Shown: positions 15,000-29,330 of the stretch, one piece after another
How the letters are laid out: each line of letters starts with the position of its first letter
Numbering within the stretch: position 1 is the first letter of the stretch
Origin: Dictyostelium discoideum
Taxonomy: Eukaryota
Length of the DNA stretch: 64,000 nucleotides
NCBI GenBank assembly: GCA_000004695.1
Contig: CM000152.2
Span: forward strand, 3,072,001-3,136,000
Reading direction: 5' to 3'
Made by a program: the position numbers and the translations under genes
The notes under the pieces: generated by a model
The model's database searches: none
The model's input: the letters and a program-made list of their open reading frames with translations, nothing else
What the model was told of the DNA's origin: nothing

Positions 15000-15741
15000 T
15001 GTTTTTTTATTTTTTATTTTTTAAAATTTTAAAATTAAAAAATAAAAAAAATAAAAAAAAAGATGGTAATAATATTTGTGTGTTGTGTTTAGAATTATTT
15101 TGAAAATAAAATATAAAATAAAAAAATTAATTTTTGAACATAAATAGGTTATAAGGAAAAAAAAAACAAAAAAAATAAAAAAAATTAAAAAAATAAAAAA
15201 TAAAAATTAAATAAAATAAAAAAAAAATAAAATAAAATAAAATTAAAAATAAATAAAAAAATAACCTTTTTTTATTTTTTTTTAATTTTTTATTATTTTT
15301 AATTTTTTTTATTTTTTTTTTCTTTTTAAACACAATAAATCTATTATAACGATCCATTAAAAAATCAATAGAATATGAGGAAAATTAAAAAAAAATCTAC
15401 CCCCAACTGCGTGCATAGTGGAAAAATTTTTTATAAAAACTGAAATGGGAATTTAACCACAGATTTCAAATTTGGGATTTTTTGTTTTTTTTTTTTTTAT
15501 CTATTTCGGAATTGTGTGTATTTAGATCACCGGAAATAATAATAAATTATAATAATTATTTAGTAACGAAAAAAAATAACCTTTAATATTTATTTATTTA
15601 CTTATTTATTTTTTTGGTTTTTTACTTGGTTTTTTTTTTTTTTTTTTAATAATAATTTATTTATTTTTTTATTTTTTATTTTTTTTTTATTTTATTTTAT
15701 TTTATTTTGTTTTGTTTATTTTTTTTTTTTTTTTTTTTTTT

Positions 15742-16055
15742 TTAGTTATCGCTATTATTAATATTTTGAGGAGTTCCATTGTTATTTGAAGTTGATGGTG
15801 AATTTGGAGAATTTGAGGGTTTTGGTGAAATGATTAAAGGGGCTGAACGTTGAGCACCTGACATACTAATGTTGCTTGGATTATTACCTCTATTTACAGA
15901 ATTTGGTGAGAGTGGATATTGTGGGTTTGGTGGATTAGAATTTGTTTGTACATCATCCATGTCATCAGAAATAATTACAGAACTTTGTTGATTGGTTGGG
16001 TTTGATGTATTCATATTATTATTATTATTACTATTATTATTATTATTATTATTTA

Positions 16056-16107
<52 letters not shown>

Positions 16108-19100
16108 TGATAAAATTGGTGAAGATGTTGAAGAATTAAAATTTGTTGGTTGATTGTTATTACTATTATTATTATTATTATTACTATTATTATTGTTATT
16201 ATTATTATAATCATTATTATTGTTATTAATATTATTATTAGATTCACTATCACTAGTTGATAAAGTTGTTGTTGTACTAGTAGTTGTAGTTGTAGTTGTT
16301 ATTGAGGTATTTTCAATAGTTTGAGATTGTTGTGGAGATTGTTGTTGTTGTGCTTGTTGAGCTTGTTGTTGTTGTTGTTGAAGTTGTTTTTGTCTTTCTA
16401 ATTGTTTATTACTTAAAGAATTTGTAATATTATTATTAATATTATTCATATTATTATTAATAAAGTTAATTGTATTTAAATTATTTTTCTTTCCTCTTTT
16501 ATTTGGATTACTGATGAAATTATTGATATTGAATTTTGGAATTGCAGTTTCTTGAGTTTCACTGAAATGACCATAGGAAATATTAGCAAGATGAATTTCC
16601 TCATCGGTATCTTCGATGAGTGCTTTAAGATGAGAATTAACACAACGTTGTAATGAATTTGTTTTTTCGATACCATAACCACCTTCCAATACAGAGATGA
16701 TTCTACCTTTACAATATTTGAAAGCGACAGTTTTAATCATTTTAGTAATGACGAAATAATCCTCTTCATTTAATTTCAAACCATTGGTTGGATCATCTTT
16801 ATGGCCATCGAAACCAGCTGAAAGGAAGATTAATTGTGGTTTGTAAGCTTCAAGTCTTGGAATGATTTTATTCATCCATTGTTGAAGGAAAACTGCGGAA
16901 CCTGTATTACGTTTCAAGCCAATATTTAAAATGTTACCATCGAATTGACCCGACACCTCATCGATATCACCAACATCTTGACCGGTACCAGGATAAAAGT
17001 AACGTTTTTCATCACATACATGAATTGAAATGAAGAGGAAATTGTCATCACCACTTAGGATCTCTTGAGTTCCATTACCATGATGAACATCGAAATCCAC
17101 CACAGCAATTCTACTATAACCGGCGGTCAATGAAGCATACTTGGCACCAATGGCAACGTTATTGATTAAACAATAGCCTTGAGATGGCGCATCACTTGTT
17201 CTACCATAACGACCAGCATGATGACCAGGTGGACGAATGGCACAAAAAGCACGAGTATAACCAGAACGACTAACTGAATCAACGGCGGCACAAACTGAAC
17301 CACTTGCTCTCAATGCGGCTTTAATGGAACGATGTGAAACAAAGGTATCGTAAATGTTATCATCATCACCCTCGAAATCTTTATGAGAGGCAACAGTAAC
17401 CATAGCACCACTTTTATCACTCTCCAAATGAGTTTCAAACTCTGAATTCTCTGGTGGTAAACTAGTTTCCAACTTTTTAATATAGTTTGCATCGTGGACG
17501 GCCATAACATAACGCATATCGACCTCTGGTGGATTGTCAAAGATATCAACCAATGGATTGCTTGCAAACTCGTTTATACAACTGACAGCGACTTGAATAC
17601 GATCAGGTTTCTCCAAATGAAAGTTTGGAACTTTATGTTGCATGCAAATCTTGTGATAGATTGCAATGGTTTTAAATTTATTCTTTATATCAACTGTGGT
17701 TGGAACGATTACAGGTTGACCATCCTCGCCCATTACTGTGGTTGTAGTGTTTGGAATTGCATTATCCAAAGCATTTGGTGGATGTGGTATTTGTGTCTCC
17801 AATTTATTTTGAAGTTGTGATAGTTTATTATTGATTAACTTTTCACATTCACCAACTCTTGATTCATAAAAGTAATCATGGATCCAATAGATTGATTCAA
17901 CCATTGTAATCAATAACTTGAGAGCGTAAATCTCATTCTCTAGGGTGGCTTGTTGAGATTTTGTCTCCTTTTCTTTGTCAGAGATACCATTTTTAATTAA
18001 TAACATATCGACTTTTAGCTCACTTGATTTCTTTTGAAGAGTATCACGAATTGATTCGTGAGCTGCAATTGCACCACGTACTTTACTTAATGAATCTAAT
18101 AGCTCTACCTCTTGATATTTAAATTTATGAATTTCATCCAAGTTTGCTTTGATTTGATGTTCAATTTGTTCAATCTCTGTGCTAACTTTATTACTTCTAA
18201 GACTTTCCTCCATGAGATTATCCTCGAGATCATGTTGATAATCGGCGATAGCACGTAAAGCAACTTCAATTGAATAGATTAAAGCATTTCTGGTTGAACA
18301 ACATTCTTTACCAATTAAACCTGCAGTTTCATGATTTTCAAATACCATTGTGATTGCTCTTTCCAATGGTACATTACGAGCGTTGGTTGTCATATTTTCA
18401 AGGGCACCCTCTTCCAATGATTTCAACTCTGAATACATCTCAACCACTGATTGTGATGATAATAAATTTCTCTTTATTAAATTTGATAATTCTTCAATCA
18501 TTCTCCAAACTAAACCATAATCTGATGCCCAACGTACAGTTTTTATTCTCATCATTAAATCAACAAAGTTATCAATACGTTCTTTAATTTCATCTGGTGG
18601 ATTTTGAGATAATGTTGAAAAGAATTTAACTGCTGTAAAAGTTTGATCAACGAAATTATCAATTGGATTCAATGGTTCTCTATTTGGTGATAAAACTGAT
18701 TCAATTAAATTATTAAAATTACCATTATTTTGTTGTTGATGTTGATGTTGTTGTTGTAATGCTTTCAATTGTTGAAGTTGAGCTTGTTGTTGTGATAAAC
18801 GAGCTTGTTGATGAGTTTGTTGTAATTGTTGTTGTTGTTGTACCATTAATGTATTTGGTGATGGTGGTGTTGCTGAATAACCCTGTTGTTCAACCACAAC
18901 CGTTGTATTTTTAATAATACCTCCACCAGCAGCACCACTACTACCAACCATCACTGAATTACCAATAATTGATGTTGGTGATGGTGGTGCACTATCTTCA
19001 TCATTTCTCTTTTTAGTATACTTTCTAGTTTCATAAATATCTGATGATGCATTAATTTTCTTTCTTAATCTTTTTTGATTTTGTTGATTATTTGGTGAAC

Positions 19101-21065
19101 CTGATGGATCAAATCCACTATTATTATTATTATTATTTGAATTATTATTATTATTATTATTTGAATTATTTGAATTAAATTGTGATGATCTTTTTTCATT
19201 TGGTGAAGTTTGTTGTTGTTGTTGTTGTTGTAAAAATTGAGCTTGAGCCATATCAAGTTCTGGACCTCTACGGAATTTTCTACTAATTGAGGTTAAACCT
19301 GGATTTAATTGTTCTTTAACCCAACGAGTTCTTTCTTTTTCTTTTGCTTTTGTACGTACGAATTGACAAACCCAACAAATCCATTTATTACCATTTGGAT
19401 GATTATTATGTTTCATGGCTGCAATTTCAACACAATCATTACAAAAACCAAATGCACAACCATTGTTACCACAATGATGTAAATCTTTTTTATCACCACA
19501 AATGCCACAAACTTTATCTTTTACTCCACTCGATTCATCATTAACGAAATCACCTCTTCTTAATGCTTCTGAAATTCTCACTTCACTCTTTATTGCATGA
19601 GTTTTACATGTTGGAATTAAACATGGTCTTAATATTTTTAATGATCTATCTGCTTTAACACATCCAACAAACCAACATGGTCTAATCTATAAATTTTTAA
19701 AATTAAAAAAAATAATAAAAATAATAAATAATTAGTAAAAATTATTTATTTTTTTTATTTTTTTCATTTTTTTTTTTTTTTTTAAAAACTTACATCTAAA
19801 TGATTTGGTACACTTTTTTTACTTGTTTTATATTTTGTTTTCTTTTTTGGTTGACCCATGTCTTCTTCTTCTTCTTCAAATTCTTCACCAAATTCTTCTT
19901 CACCCAAAGAATTATTTTGATTATTTTGATTATTTTGGTTATTTTGATTATTTTGATTAATTTGATTAATTTGATTATTTTGATTATTTGGATCTGATGT
20001 TGTTGTTGATGAACCTTGAGTAGCCTGAATATATTGTTGTAATTGAATTCTTTTTCTTTCTTCTGATCTTGATCCATTTGTCTTTGGTCTACCTCTAGCT
20101 GGCCTATTATTATTATTGTTATTATCATTATTACTATTATTATTATTATTATTATTATTAATATTATTATTATTATTATTGTTATTATTGTTTTGATTTA
20201 AATTTTGATTATTATTATTACTATTGTTAGTGGTGGTAGTTGTAGTAGTGGTATTATTGTTATTATTGTTATTATTATTTTGATTTTGATTTGATTGGTT
20301 TTCATCTTGTGGTTTATCATTTGTAGACATTATTGAATCATCATCTTCACCAACACCACCATCACTTTCTTCAGATAACATTAGATCTTTTTCTTCATCT
20401 GATGTTAATCTTGGTCTTTTATTGGTTTTTAATGCTGATTGAGTGTTTGGTGTATTATTTGTTGATGTTGAAATACGTTTTGGTACTTTTCCATCCGGTG
20501 TAAATATAGTTGGTGACTCTGGTGTAGTTTGTGATAAATGTGTATTTGTTGATTGTTGAACTTTTGATGGTCTCTGTAATTTTTTAAAAGTTTATAAAAA
20601 AAATAAAAAAAATAATAAAAATTAAGAAATTAGTATTTACACATTAGAATTATTATTTAAAAAAGATGTACTTACACCTCTTCTTTTACCACCAGCTGAA
20701 TTAGGATTTTGATTTTGTCTTCCATCAGCATCCTCATCATCATCTTCCATTTCATCTTCATCTTCTTCGGCACTATCAGATAATTCATGTTCTTCAAAGT
20801 TTATATCATCTTCTGATCCACTATCTTCAAGTGTAACTTGTTGTTCTTCTGTAACTTGTGAGTTGTTGTTGTTGTTGTTTTTATTATTATTATTATCACT
20901 ATTGTTATCGTTATCATTGGTGTTATTATTGTTGGTAGGTGAGGTTGTATTTTCGGTATTATTTTTGTTGTCATCATTATTATTATTATTATTATCGGTA
21001 TTGCTTTCGTTTGTTATGGTGGTTTTGGTGTCTTCATCACCTTCTATTATGTTATTGGTTGACAT
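15742..21065 (-). CDS. hdaC: Class II histone deacetylase, 1704 aa. Exons: 21065..20676, 20573..19794, 19686..15742.
   Basis: Catalytic-domain motifs RPPGHHAGRYG and VDFDVHHGNGTQEI are present. Exon 3 opens with a Cys/His zinc-finger cluster (CGICGDKKDLHHCGNNGCAFGFCNDCVE...WICWVCQF). Exon 1 ends ...GGKRRG before GTAAGT. Exon 2 is RPSKVQQ...PNHLD. Exon 3 starts after ATAG with IRPCWFVGCV.... The total is 5115 nt, which is 1704 aa, the length I recall for D. discoideum hdaC. The ORF-track start is a GTG. Confidence 0.9.
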
Positions 21066-21380
21066 TTTACAAAATGTATTATATATATAAAATAAATAAA
21101 ATTTTATTTATAAAAACAAAGAAAAAAAAAAAAAAAAAAAAAAAGGAAAAAAAAGTAGTTTGGCTAATTATTTTTTTCTTTTTTTTCTTTTTTAATTATT
21201 AATATTAATAAATAAATTGGATAAATAAATGGGAAGTTTACTAATATAGGTTGGAAATTTTGAAAAAATAAAATGAAATTAAAAAAAGAAAAAAAAAAAA
21301 AAAAAATTAAAAAAATAAATAAAAAAAAAAAAAAAAAAAATGGAAGTATTAGTATTGTTTTGGAAATGGAGGATTGGTAA

Positions 21381-21435
<55 letters not shown>

Positions 21436-22054
21436 GAAAAAAGAAAAAAAAAAAAAAAAAAAAAAAAAACTTCTTCCAATCTAATTTAGAAGAAACTTGA
21501 TCCACAAAATAGGAAATAAAGGTACGCATATATATCCAATTCAAAAAAGTAATATATATATATTTACATATGATATATTGATTGTTTTTTTTTTTTTAAT
21601 TTTCACTTTGCAATACAATTCCTTTTTTCTGTTTCTTTTTCTTTTTTTTTTTTTTTTTTTCTTTCTTTACTTTTTTTTTTTGATTTTTATAAAAAATATA
21701 ATGATAAAGTGGTGTATATGATTTATAATTTGGAAAAGTTTGGAAGATAAAAAGGTTTAATTATGGTTTTTTCCAGTTTTTAAAATAAATAAAAAAATAA
21801 AATAAAAAATAAAATTTTAAAAAAAAAAAAAAAAAATAAAAAAAATAAAAAAAATAAAAAAAATAAAAATAAAAAAAAAAAAATAAAAAAAAATAAAATT
21901 TTTTAATATGGGCTTCTTATTTTTGTTACAAAAAAAAAAAAAAAATTTTTACGACTGGAAAAGTTTATTTGACTAGTGACCCGTTGTTCCATTGGAATGA
22001 TGGGATGGTAAATCTATTTTTATTTGGTATTTTTTCCTTATATTATTATTATTA

Positions 22055-22122
<68 letters not shown>

Positions 22123-22153
22123 ACTATTATTTATAACAATGGTTATGGAAGAG

Positions 22154-22186
<33 letters not shown>

Positions 22187-23672
22187 AAAAAAACCAAATA
22201 AAAATTTTTTATGGTGGGGGAAATTTTTTAAGATAAAATTTTGTATCTTTTTTTATGTGTTTTTAATGTCCAAAAAAAAAAAATATATGAATATACGATG
22301 ATATGGATATTATTGATTTTAAATTAACATAAAGAAAGAAAAAAAAAAGGAAGAAAAAAAAAAAAAAAAAAAAGATAATTAAAAAATTTGGAAAGTTCGT
22401 TTTTTTTTTTTTTTTCCACGATGGCAACATTTTTTTTTTTTTTTTTTTGGATTAAATATCCAAACATAAGGTTTGTATATATAAAAGTGTGAATTTATAA
22501 ATTATGTTTATTTGGTATGATTTGGGTGAATGGATTATTTTAAAATTGTAAAGAAAAAATAAAGATGGAAAAAAAAAAAAAAAAAAATCCAAAAAAAAAA
22601 AGTAGTTAAAAAAAAGGTTAAATGATATTAAAAAAGATGGTAGTACTTACAAATTGGATTAAATTAATCTTTTAAAACAAATAATATTGAAAAATAAATA
22701 AAATTCTAAAATTTTTTAAATAATAGTACTTTATTAATAAAAATCTTTGCTATTGTATAAATAATCCAATCTTAACTTTTTTTTGAATTGAAAAAATGAA
22801 AAAAAAATAAAAAAAATAAAAAAAAATAAAAAAAAAATTTAAAAAAAAAAAGTTTTTTTTTTTTTTTTGTGAAAGTTTAAAATAAAAAAAAAAAAAAATA
22901 AATAAAAAAAAAATAAATAAAAAAAAAAAAAGATTGGAAATTATAACCAAACTGGTAGATCAGTTGGAAATTAATAGATTTGTGGTTTTAGTATGGGTTT
23001 GGATTATTTACTATTGAACTCCATAAAAAATATATTTTTGGTAATTATAAAATATGGGTGGAACCAATTTCGTAAAAAAAAAAAAAAGGAATATATATAT
23101 TCGGAACGTTTACCATATAGGTTGTGTGTATTGATTAACATTTTTTTATTTTTATTTTTAGATTCAAAATAAATAAAAATTTAATAAATTTCACCAATAT
23201 GTAAAGTAAATTATTGGTTGGATTAAAAGTGGATGGTGTGGCAATAAGGAAAGGAAGAAAAAAAAAAAGAAAAAAAAAAGAATCAAATTTCCAAAAAGAA
23301 AGGGATTGGATAAATAACTTACATTAATTGTTTTAATTGTTTTATAACCAAATGGATTATTACTCCTATTAAAATATATGTAAGTAATTTTTTAAAAAAA
23401 AAAAAAAAAAAAAATATAGAGATGACGGGGTTTGGTTCCTATAAAAATTTAAAATGAAATCCACAAAAATTTTTTACTTTTTTTTTTAAAAACAAAAAAA
23501 AAAAAAAAAAAAAATAAAAAAAAAAAAAAAAAAAAAAAATAAAAAAAGATCACTTAAAAAAAAAAAAATCAAAAATTATAAAAAAAAAAATATTCGAAAC
23601 GATTTTAATTAATTTTTGGATTGTTTAATTAAGATTGGATTTTTATTTAAAAAAAAAAAAAAAAAAAAAAAA

Positions 23673-25226
23673 ATGAATTTAAAAAACTTAGAAACATGTA
23701 AAGGATTAATTAAAGGATCTTATATTGATCAAGCAATTCAAGGAACATCACAATTCAATAAACTTTTAGAAACATTATTAATACATGTAGGTTTTTTAAA
23801 TTCATTTTTTAAAAAAATATAAAATAAAAAAAAAAAAAAAAAAGTAAATCTAATTTTTTTTTATATACACACATATTAACATCCAAAAAAAAAAAAAAAG
23901 AAAAAATTACCAAATATAGGATATAATGATAAAATTATTGAATTAATTTTAAATGAAATATCATTGATGGATTCAAATAATTTTATAGAGAATATTGGAG
24001 TTGGTGAAAGAGAGGGAAGAATATATAGTGGGTTAGTTGAAAAAAGACATTATGGATTTGCACATGGTATTGGTAGAAGTGGTGATATTACAGAGCAACA
24101 ACCAAAAGCAGCAGGATCAAGTTTAATTCAAAAATTAACACATTCATTAGTATTGGATGCAATGAAATTGGCAGGACTAGAACAATCATCATTATCAAAT
24201 TGTTTACTATTACCAATGGCAACTGGCATGACATTAGCATTAACAATGTTAACATTAAAATCAATCAATGCAAATAATAAAAGATATGTACTATGGCCAA
24301 GAATTGATCAAAAGTCATGTTTAAAATCAATAATAACAGCAGGACTAATACCAATTGTTATACCAAATCAATTGGATGGTGATATGATTAGAACTGATTT
24401 AGTGGCTATTGAAGACAAAATTAAGGAATTAGGTGTGGATAATATATTATGTGTTTTTAGTACAACTAGTTGTTTCGCACCAAGAGTACCAGATAAGATT
24501 ATTGAAATTTCAGAAATTTGTAAAAGATATAACATTGGTCATATCATTAATAATGCATATGGTTTACAATGTTCAAAGATACTACATAACATATCGCAAG
24601 CTTGTAAATTGGGTAGAGTGGATGCATTCATTCAAAGTACTGATAAAAATTTTATGGTACCAGTTGGTGGAGCAATCATTAGTGGTCCAAATTCCGAATT
24701 TATAGATCAAATCTCTCGTAATTATCCAGGTAGAGCAAATTCTTCACCAATTTTAGATGTTTTCATAACACTCTTATCAATGGGTAAACAAGGTTGGTTA
24801 AATTTATTAAAAGAAAGAAAAGAATTATTAATTTATTTTAATGAACAACTTTCAAAATTTGCATTAGAAAATAATGAAAAACTTTTAAATACAATTAATG
24901 AAAATAAAATTAGTTTTGCTTTAACTTTATCATCAAACAATTTTAATAATAATGAAGAAATCATCTCTAATAATAATAATAATAATAATAATACTTTTTC
25001 AATGATTGGATCAAAATTATTTTCAAGATCTTGTTCAGGTTCTAGAGTAATTGATTTAAAATCAAACAAAAAACTTTTAATTGGTGGTTTAGAATTTAAT
25101 AATTATGGTTCACATATTGATAATTATTCAACATCTTATTTAACTGTTGCTTGTGCAATTGGTATCACAAAATTAGAAATTGATACATTTATACAAAGAT
25201 TATCAAAATTATTTAATAAAAAATAA
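23673..25226 (+). CDS. sepsecs: O-phosphoseryl-tRNA(Sec) selenium transferase (SepSecS / SLA-LP), about 474 aa. Exons: 23673..23790, 23920..25226.
   Basis: Exon 2 is colinear with human SEPSECS: IMDSNNF..GVGEREGR, RRHYGFAHGIGRSGDI, QPKAAGSSL, WPRIDQKSC, STTSCFAPRVPD, DKNFMVPVGGAII, YPGRA. Exon 1 (MNLKNLETCKGLIKG...NKLLETLLIHVG) matches the human N-terminal helix (HLIRLLLEKG). The only in-phase join uses a weak GTTTTT donor at 23791, so exon 1's exact boundary and start are uncertain. An upstream ATG at 23616 is also possible. Confidence 0.85.
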
Positions 25227-25321
25227 AGAAAAAAAAAAGATTTTATTTTTAAAAGTTTATAAAGAAAAATGGATTAATTATTAATTATTGATGCTTTTTT
25301 TTTTATTTTTTTTTTTTAATT

Positions 25322-26826
25322 TTAATGATGGAATGATTGACCTTCATCTTTTGAAATACTTTGAACCATTGGATGTTTATCAAAATATTCAATACTACGA
25401 TTGAAATCTTCAATTAAGAGCATTGCCATATCATGACTGAAACCATGTCTAATTAATACTCTTTGAACTACAATATCTGGTAAGTTTGGTAGAGTATAGG
25501 ATGCAATTTGCCAACCTCTATTTCTCATTCTATCTGAAAGGTCAAAGAGATTGAATTTTACTTTTGCATCTTTTTTCAATTTCCAACATGCACCTGGAAG
25601 TGCACCAGTACCATCATAAACAATATCAAAAATACCGTGTTTTTTAACTTGCTTGGAAATGAAAATACCATGATCTAGACAAGCTTGATGAACTGCGGTA
25701 TATCCACTACGACCATGGCGCAAAAAGTTATAGTACTGGCATACTATTTGACCACCTGGACGTGAGAAATTCAATGAAAATGTTGGCATATTGCCACCAA
25801 GATAGTTGACATCGAATACCAAATCCTTGTGAATGTCATTTTTACCTCTCCATACGACCCAGCCAACTCCCAATGGAGATAGACCAAATTTATGACCAGA
25901 GCCATTAATTGATTTAACACGTGGTAGTCTAAAATCCCAAACAATTTCTGGTTGAAGAAAGGGTGCAACGAAACCACCACTTGCTGCATCGACATGAATT
26001 GGTATATCAAGTCCGGTTTCTTTTTCAAATTTATCCAAAGCTTCTGAAATTCCTTTAACATCTTCATATTGTAGTGTAAATGTTACACCCAATGTTGGAA
26101 TTACACCAATGGTATTTTCATCACAACGTTTTATGGCTTCCTCTGGTGTCATTATGTAACGGTCATGTTCCATTGGTACTTCTCTTAATTCAATATCAAA
26201 GTATAGTGCAAACTTATGCCAACAAATTTGAACTGGACCAGTTACAATGTTTGGTTTATCAAATGGTTTACCTTGTTTCTTTCTATTTTCTCTCCATCTC
26301 CATTTCAAAGCCATTCCACCCAACATTGCAGCTTCACTAGATCCAGTAGTTGAACAACCAATAGTTTCAGAACTTTCTGGTGAATTCCACAAATCCGCTA
26401 AAATATGAACACAACGACTTTCAATTTCAGCAGTTTGTGGATATTCATCCTTGTCAATCATATTCTTGTCAATACATTTATCCATTAATACATGAATCTC
26501 TTTATCAAGATCAGTTTGACAAAATGTGGCCAAGTTTTGTTTTGCATTACCATCTAATAATAATTCATCAATTATTAAATCTTTTTTTAAAAATTAAAAT
26601 TAAAATTAAAATTATTAATTAACATTTTTTAATTTTTTTAAAATTATTATTATTATTATTATATAATTTTATTAATTTTATTAATTTTTTATTTACCTCT
26701 AATAACTTCTGGTTTATTTGACTCTTCTTTTAAAGAATATTTTGAAATTTCTTTTGTTGCAGGTGGTGATGCATAAGAATCATAAAAACCTTTATATTTA
26801 TTTGTTTTGACATGATGAAGTGACAT
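25322..26826 (-). CDS. Glutamate decarboxylase (PLP-dependent, group II decarboxylase), 462 aa. Exons: 26826..26697, 26580..25322.
   Basis: Diagnostic GAD sequence is present: [22 protein letters not shown] (the PLP-lysine motif), HVDAASGGF and GACWKLKK. Exon 1 ([26 protein letters not shown]...) joins in phase 1 through GTAAAT..AG to [20 protein letters not shown]. Dictyostelium has two GAD paralogues (gadA and gadB) and I cannot say which this is. Confidence 0.9.
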
Positions 26827-26830
26827 TTTT

Positions 26831-26866
<36 letters not shown>

Positions 26867-26909
26867 CCAACCTTATATAAATATTAAATGAAAGAAATAT
26901 TTTTATTAA

Positions 26910-26952
<43 letters not shown>

Positions 26953-27614
26953 ATTATAATAATAAAAAATAATAATAAAAAAATAAAAAATAATAAAAAT
27001 AATAAATTAATTATTTGTAAAAATCCAAATAAATAATATTTATTTTTTTTTATTTTATTTTTTTTATTTTTTTTTATGTGAACATCTATGTAAAAAAAAA
27101 AAACAAAAAAGGGGTTACCAAATTTTATTAAAATATCAAAATTTTTATGAAAACACTAACTCCTTATTTTATTATTTTTTGTTTTTTTTTCAAAACAGTT
27201 GGACAATTCAATGTAAAACTAAATTATAAGGATTGTTTGGAAGAAAATAAATATTTATAATCATTTAAATGTTTTTTTGTTGTATTAAAAATTAAATATA
27301 TTTTTATAATAATAATCTGGCAAATAATTAATATCCAAAAAAAAAAAACTACTGAATCCATTCTTTATGATATCCATTCACAAAAAGAAATTTCAGCAAT
27401 TACCAAAAGGGGTAGATTTATAAAAAAAAAAAACAATAATTAAGATTAAAAAAAAAAGATAAATACAATAATATTATTTTTATATAATTGTATATTTTAA
27501 ATTATTAAAAATAGTTTTTATATTTTTATTTTAGTATAGAGTTATATGTTTAAAAAAAAAAAATTTTATTTTTGTGAATCTTTTTTTTTTGATCGAGAAA
27601 AAAAAAAAAATTAA

Positions 27615-28367
27615 TTAAAATGGTAAATTTCCAAGAACTTTTGGTAATTGGATTGGTGATGATTTTAATTTTAATTGTTTTGAATTTGGTTGATTTAAAC
27701 AAATACTTGGTAATTGAAAGTATGAAGAATCGGCTGATGGGCTGTAGTAGTAATAGTTTGTTAATGTATATCCACTTGGTGTATTGTTGATATTTTCAGT
27801 TGAGCCAGAGATTAAAGAACAATCTGATTTATCTACAAGGAGGCCAACATTTGAAGAGTTACCTAAATCACCTGGGTTTACAGAAAACATGTCACATTGG
27901 ACAGTACCGATTTCGAAATCACCAACATACTTTAAACCATCAAGTGGTGGAACAGAGTATGATAATGGTTGTTGGAAACAATAGTCAGTGTCATTTACAT
28001 TAACACTAACGTATTGAGTGCTATTACTACCGAAACCCCAGAGACTACCTTTTGTTTTAGTATTACCATTATCGAATAAAAAGTCAACATACAATTGTTC
28101 ACCAACCAAATCGATATTAATAAAACCAGATTCAAGGAAAGATGATTGTTGAATACCACTGGGAGTTGGATAATTTCCATTGAAACTTAACATAACATAT
28201 GAACTTGCATAACTAGATGGGAGTTGGTTACTTGAAGTAAAACATTGTTGTTGGCCTACTTGATTTTCAATTTTTGAGTAATCAATTTTATTTGTACCCA
28301 TACTAAATGACTTACAACAATTTAATGCAATTGTCATTACTAAAATTAATGATAATAATAATTTCAT
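27615..28367 (-). CDS. Secreted hypothetical protein, 250 aa, with a signal peptide and rich in Cys, Ser, Asn and Tyr.
   Basis: A single ORF with an N-terminal signal peptide (MKLLLSLILVMTIALNCC) and several N-glycosylation sequons. I recognise no homologue. Confidence 0.55.
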   Translation of the reverse strand: MKLLLSLILVMTIALNCCKSFSMGTNKIDYSKIENQVGQQQCFTSSNQLPSSYASSYVMLSFNGNYPTPSGIQQSSFLESGFINIDLVGEQLYVDFLFDNGNTKTKGSLWGFGSNSTQYVSVNVNDTDYCFQQPLSYSVPPLDGLKYVGDFEIGTVQCDMFSVNPGDLGNSSNVGLLVDKSDCSLISGSTENINNTPSGYTLTNYYYYSPSADSSYFQLPSICLNQPNSKQLKLKSSPIQLPKVLGNLPF

Positions 28368-29330
28368 ATTTTTATTTTTTTTTTTATTTTTTTTTATTTT
28401 TTTATTTATTTGTTTTATTTATTTTTAATTTTTAATTGAATAAAAAAAAAAAAAAAAATTATTATTTATACTATTTTTTTTTTTTTAGGTTTCCGACTAC
28501 ATTTTTAAAAATGAATTCAACCAATTTAATTATCCTGGATAATACATTTTTTTGCCTGGTTATGAACTTGCAAAAATTTGTTTATTTTGAATCTTCACAT
28601 TTATTTTGAAAAAATCCGATTCCATTTTTCCGAAAATTAAAATAAAAAATGTAAGGTATTTTTTTTTTATTATTAAAGGTATATTTTGGTAAAAAAGTTT
28701 ATAAAAGAATGTTAAAGAACCTATCTCAAAAAAATAATTTTTTTATTTGGATATTTTTTAAAAATAATATCTCAAAATAATTTTTTTAAAAAAAAAAACC
28801 CCAGGCCATTACATCATAATATCAACGAAAGATTTTTGACCTGGCAATAAATTTATTTTATTGTTTCTTTTTTTTAATAATAAAAAAAAAAAAAAAAAAA
28901 AAAAAAATGGAATTTTAAATGACTAATACTTTTTTTTAGTGACTTATTTGTAATTTGAGTTTTTTTAATAAGAAAAAAAAAAAAAAAAAAAAATTTATTT
29001 AAATGAAAATACTGAAAAAAAAATAAATAACAATAAAATAAAAGAAAGAAAGAAAAAACCAAAGATAAAAATTCTTTTTTTATTTAAACTAATATTAGAC
29101 TAAAAAAAAAAAAATATTGGGATTGGGAAAAAGATTTGTTTTTTTATTATATTTTTATTTTTTTTCTTTTTTTAAAATTTTTTTTTTTATAACCAGAATG
29201 CACAAAGAATTCTTGAACAATAAAATGATTATTTATAAAGATTCAATATTATTTTTATTTTTTTATTAATTTTAAAAAAAAAACAGAACAAAACAAAAAA
29301 AAACAAATATATTAACTAATATTAAATAAA

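Noticed and set aside
19581-19583. ORF-track starts called M at GTG or TTG codons (19581 hdaC, 11838 amidohydrolase, 26533 GAD, 32931 DnaJ, 41048 RPAP1, 47365).
   Set aside because: The track appears to use an alternative-start translation table. In each case the frame continues upstream to a splice acceptor, so these are internal residues and not starts.
23616-23672. Upstream ATG at 23616 ([19 protein letters not shown]) as a possible sepsecs start.
   Set aside because: The extra 19 residues are poly-Lys from an A-run and have no counterpart in SepSecS homologues. The ATG at 23673 is more plausible, but 23616 cannot be excluded without a transcription start site.
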